From NCBI GenBank assembly GCA_963847705.1, contig CAWKBC010000029.1, forward strand, positions 97,278 to 161,277: a DNA stretch of 64,000 bases, written 5' to 3'. The translations under genes and the position numbers were made by a program. This document shows, in pieces, positions 63,710-64,000 of the stretch (position 1 is its first letter; the number at the start of each line of letters is the position of its first letter). Below the pieces are notes generated by a model. The model was given only the letters and a program-made list of their open reading frames with translations, made no database searches and had not been told where the DNA came from. Source of the DNA: an uncultured Pseudomonadota bacterium (GTDB lineage: Bacteria; Myxococcota_A; Polyangia; Fen-1088).

Positions 63710-64000
63710 GTGCCGCGCGCGCTGATTCACCTCGACATGGACGCGTTCTACGCGTCCGTCGAACAGCGCGACGACCCTTCCCTGCGCGGCCGACCGGTCA
63801 TCGTCGGCGGTCACGCCCACCGCGGGGTCGTGCTGGCGGCGTCGTACGAGATCCGCCCGTTCGGCGTGCGGAGCGCGATGCCGATGGCCCAGGCGCTGCG
63901 GCTCTGCCCCGACGCGGTGGTGGTGCGGCCCCGCTTCGACGTCTATTCGGACGTCAGCAGCCGCGTGTTCGACATCTTGCAGACGGTGACCCCGCTCTAC
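63710..64000 (+). CDS. dinB: DNA polymerase IV, 5' part (runs off the window)
   Basis: GTG 63710: [34 protein letters not shown]...[28 protein letters not shown]. Open to base 64000. Confidence 0.85.
   Translation, partial: MPRALIHLDMDAFYASVEQRDDPSLRGRPVIVGGHAHRGVVLAASYEIRPFGVRSAMPMAQALRLCPDAVVVRPRFDVYSDVSSRVFDILQTVTPLY

Overview
High-GC (above 70% in hand-counted sample lines) bacterial chromosome segment. The gene content suggests a myxobacterium-like organism (inference): many lipoproteins with Gly/Ser/Thr-rich linkers, RCC1 and PEGA proteins, a PP2C phosphatase and an RHS protein.

1-29 kb: ordinary core and accessory genes.
- A Pro-rich TM2-like membrane protein, a HEAT-repeat protein and a large lipoprotein.
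- An amine-catabolism cluster: saccharopine-dehydrogenase-like enzyme, NCS1 permease with a coupled mini-ORF, flavin amine oxidase, gabT-like aminotransferase, aldehyde dehydrogenase.
- An Hsp70-like protein, murJ, an RCC1 lipoprotein, a GlsB/YeaQ protein, class I fructose-bisphosphate aldolase, a GH54-type arabinofuranosidase, an SDR/AraC pair and a Dyp peroxidase.

29-37 kb: a recombination patchwork.
- An AbiEii/AbiEi module in reversed order with a frameshifted antitoxin.
- vapBC and a GT39 glycosyltransferase.
- Duplicated gene fragments: a PEGA gene, an 88-bp gene tail, and SDR and AraC remnants.

37-57.8 kb: a composite genomic island at a tRNA-Gln/tRNA-Glu locus.
- (a) A roughly 6.4-kb lower-GC remnant. 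It carries a TIR-like protein, a small ORF, an IS630-family insertion and a ~1027-aa metallophosphoesterase/P-loop NTPase/helical-repeat protein. This is the best candidate here for an uncharacterised defence system.
- (b) A 14.35-kb integrative mobilizable element bounded by 22-bp direct repeats matching the 3' end of tRNA-Glu. It has an integrase, an excisionase, an IncP-type relaxosome module (traJ-traI / traK-traL-traM with a recognisable oriT-like inverted repeat plus ATCCTGC), an orphan RHS toxin tip with a putative immunity gene, a sigma factor, lipoproteins and a hydrolase.

58-64 kb: core genes, namely a PP2C-cNMP fusion, fumC, two tandem CX4CH lipoproteins, a beta-barrel-like protein and the 5' end of dinB.

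Five genes show single-nucleotide frame breaks. These may be real decay or assembly indels.

All family calls come from reading the translated ORFs and from remembered family motifs. No searches were run.
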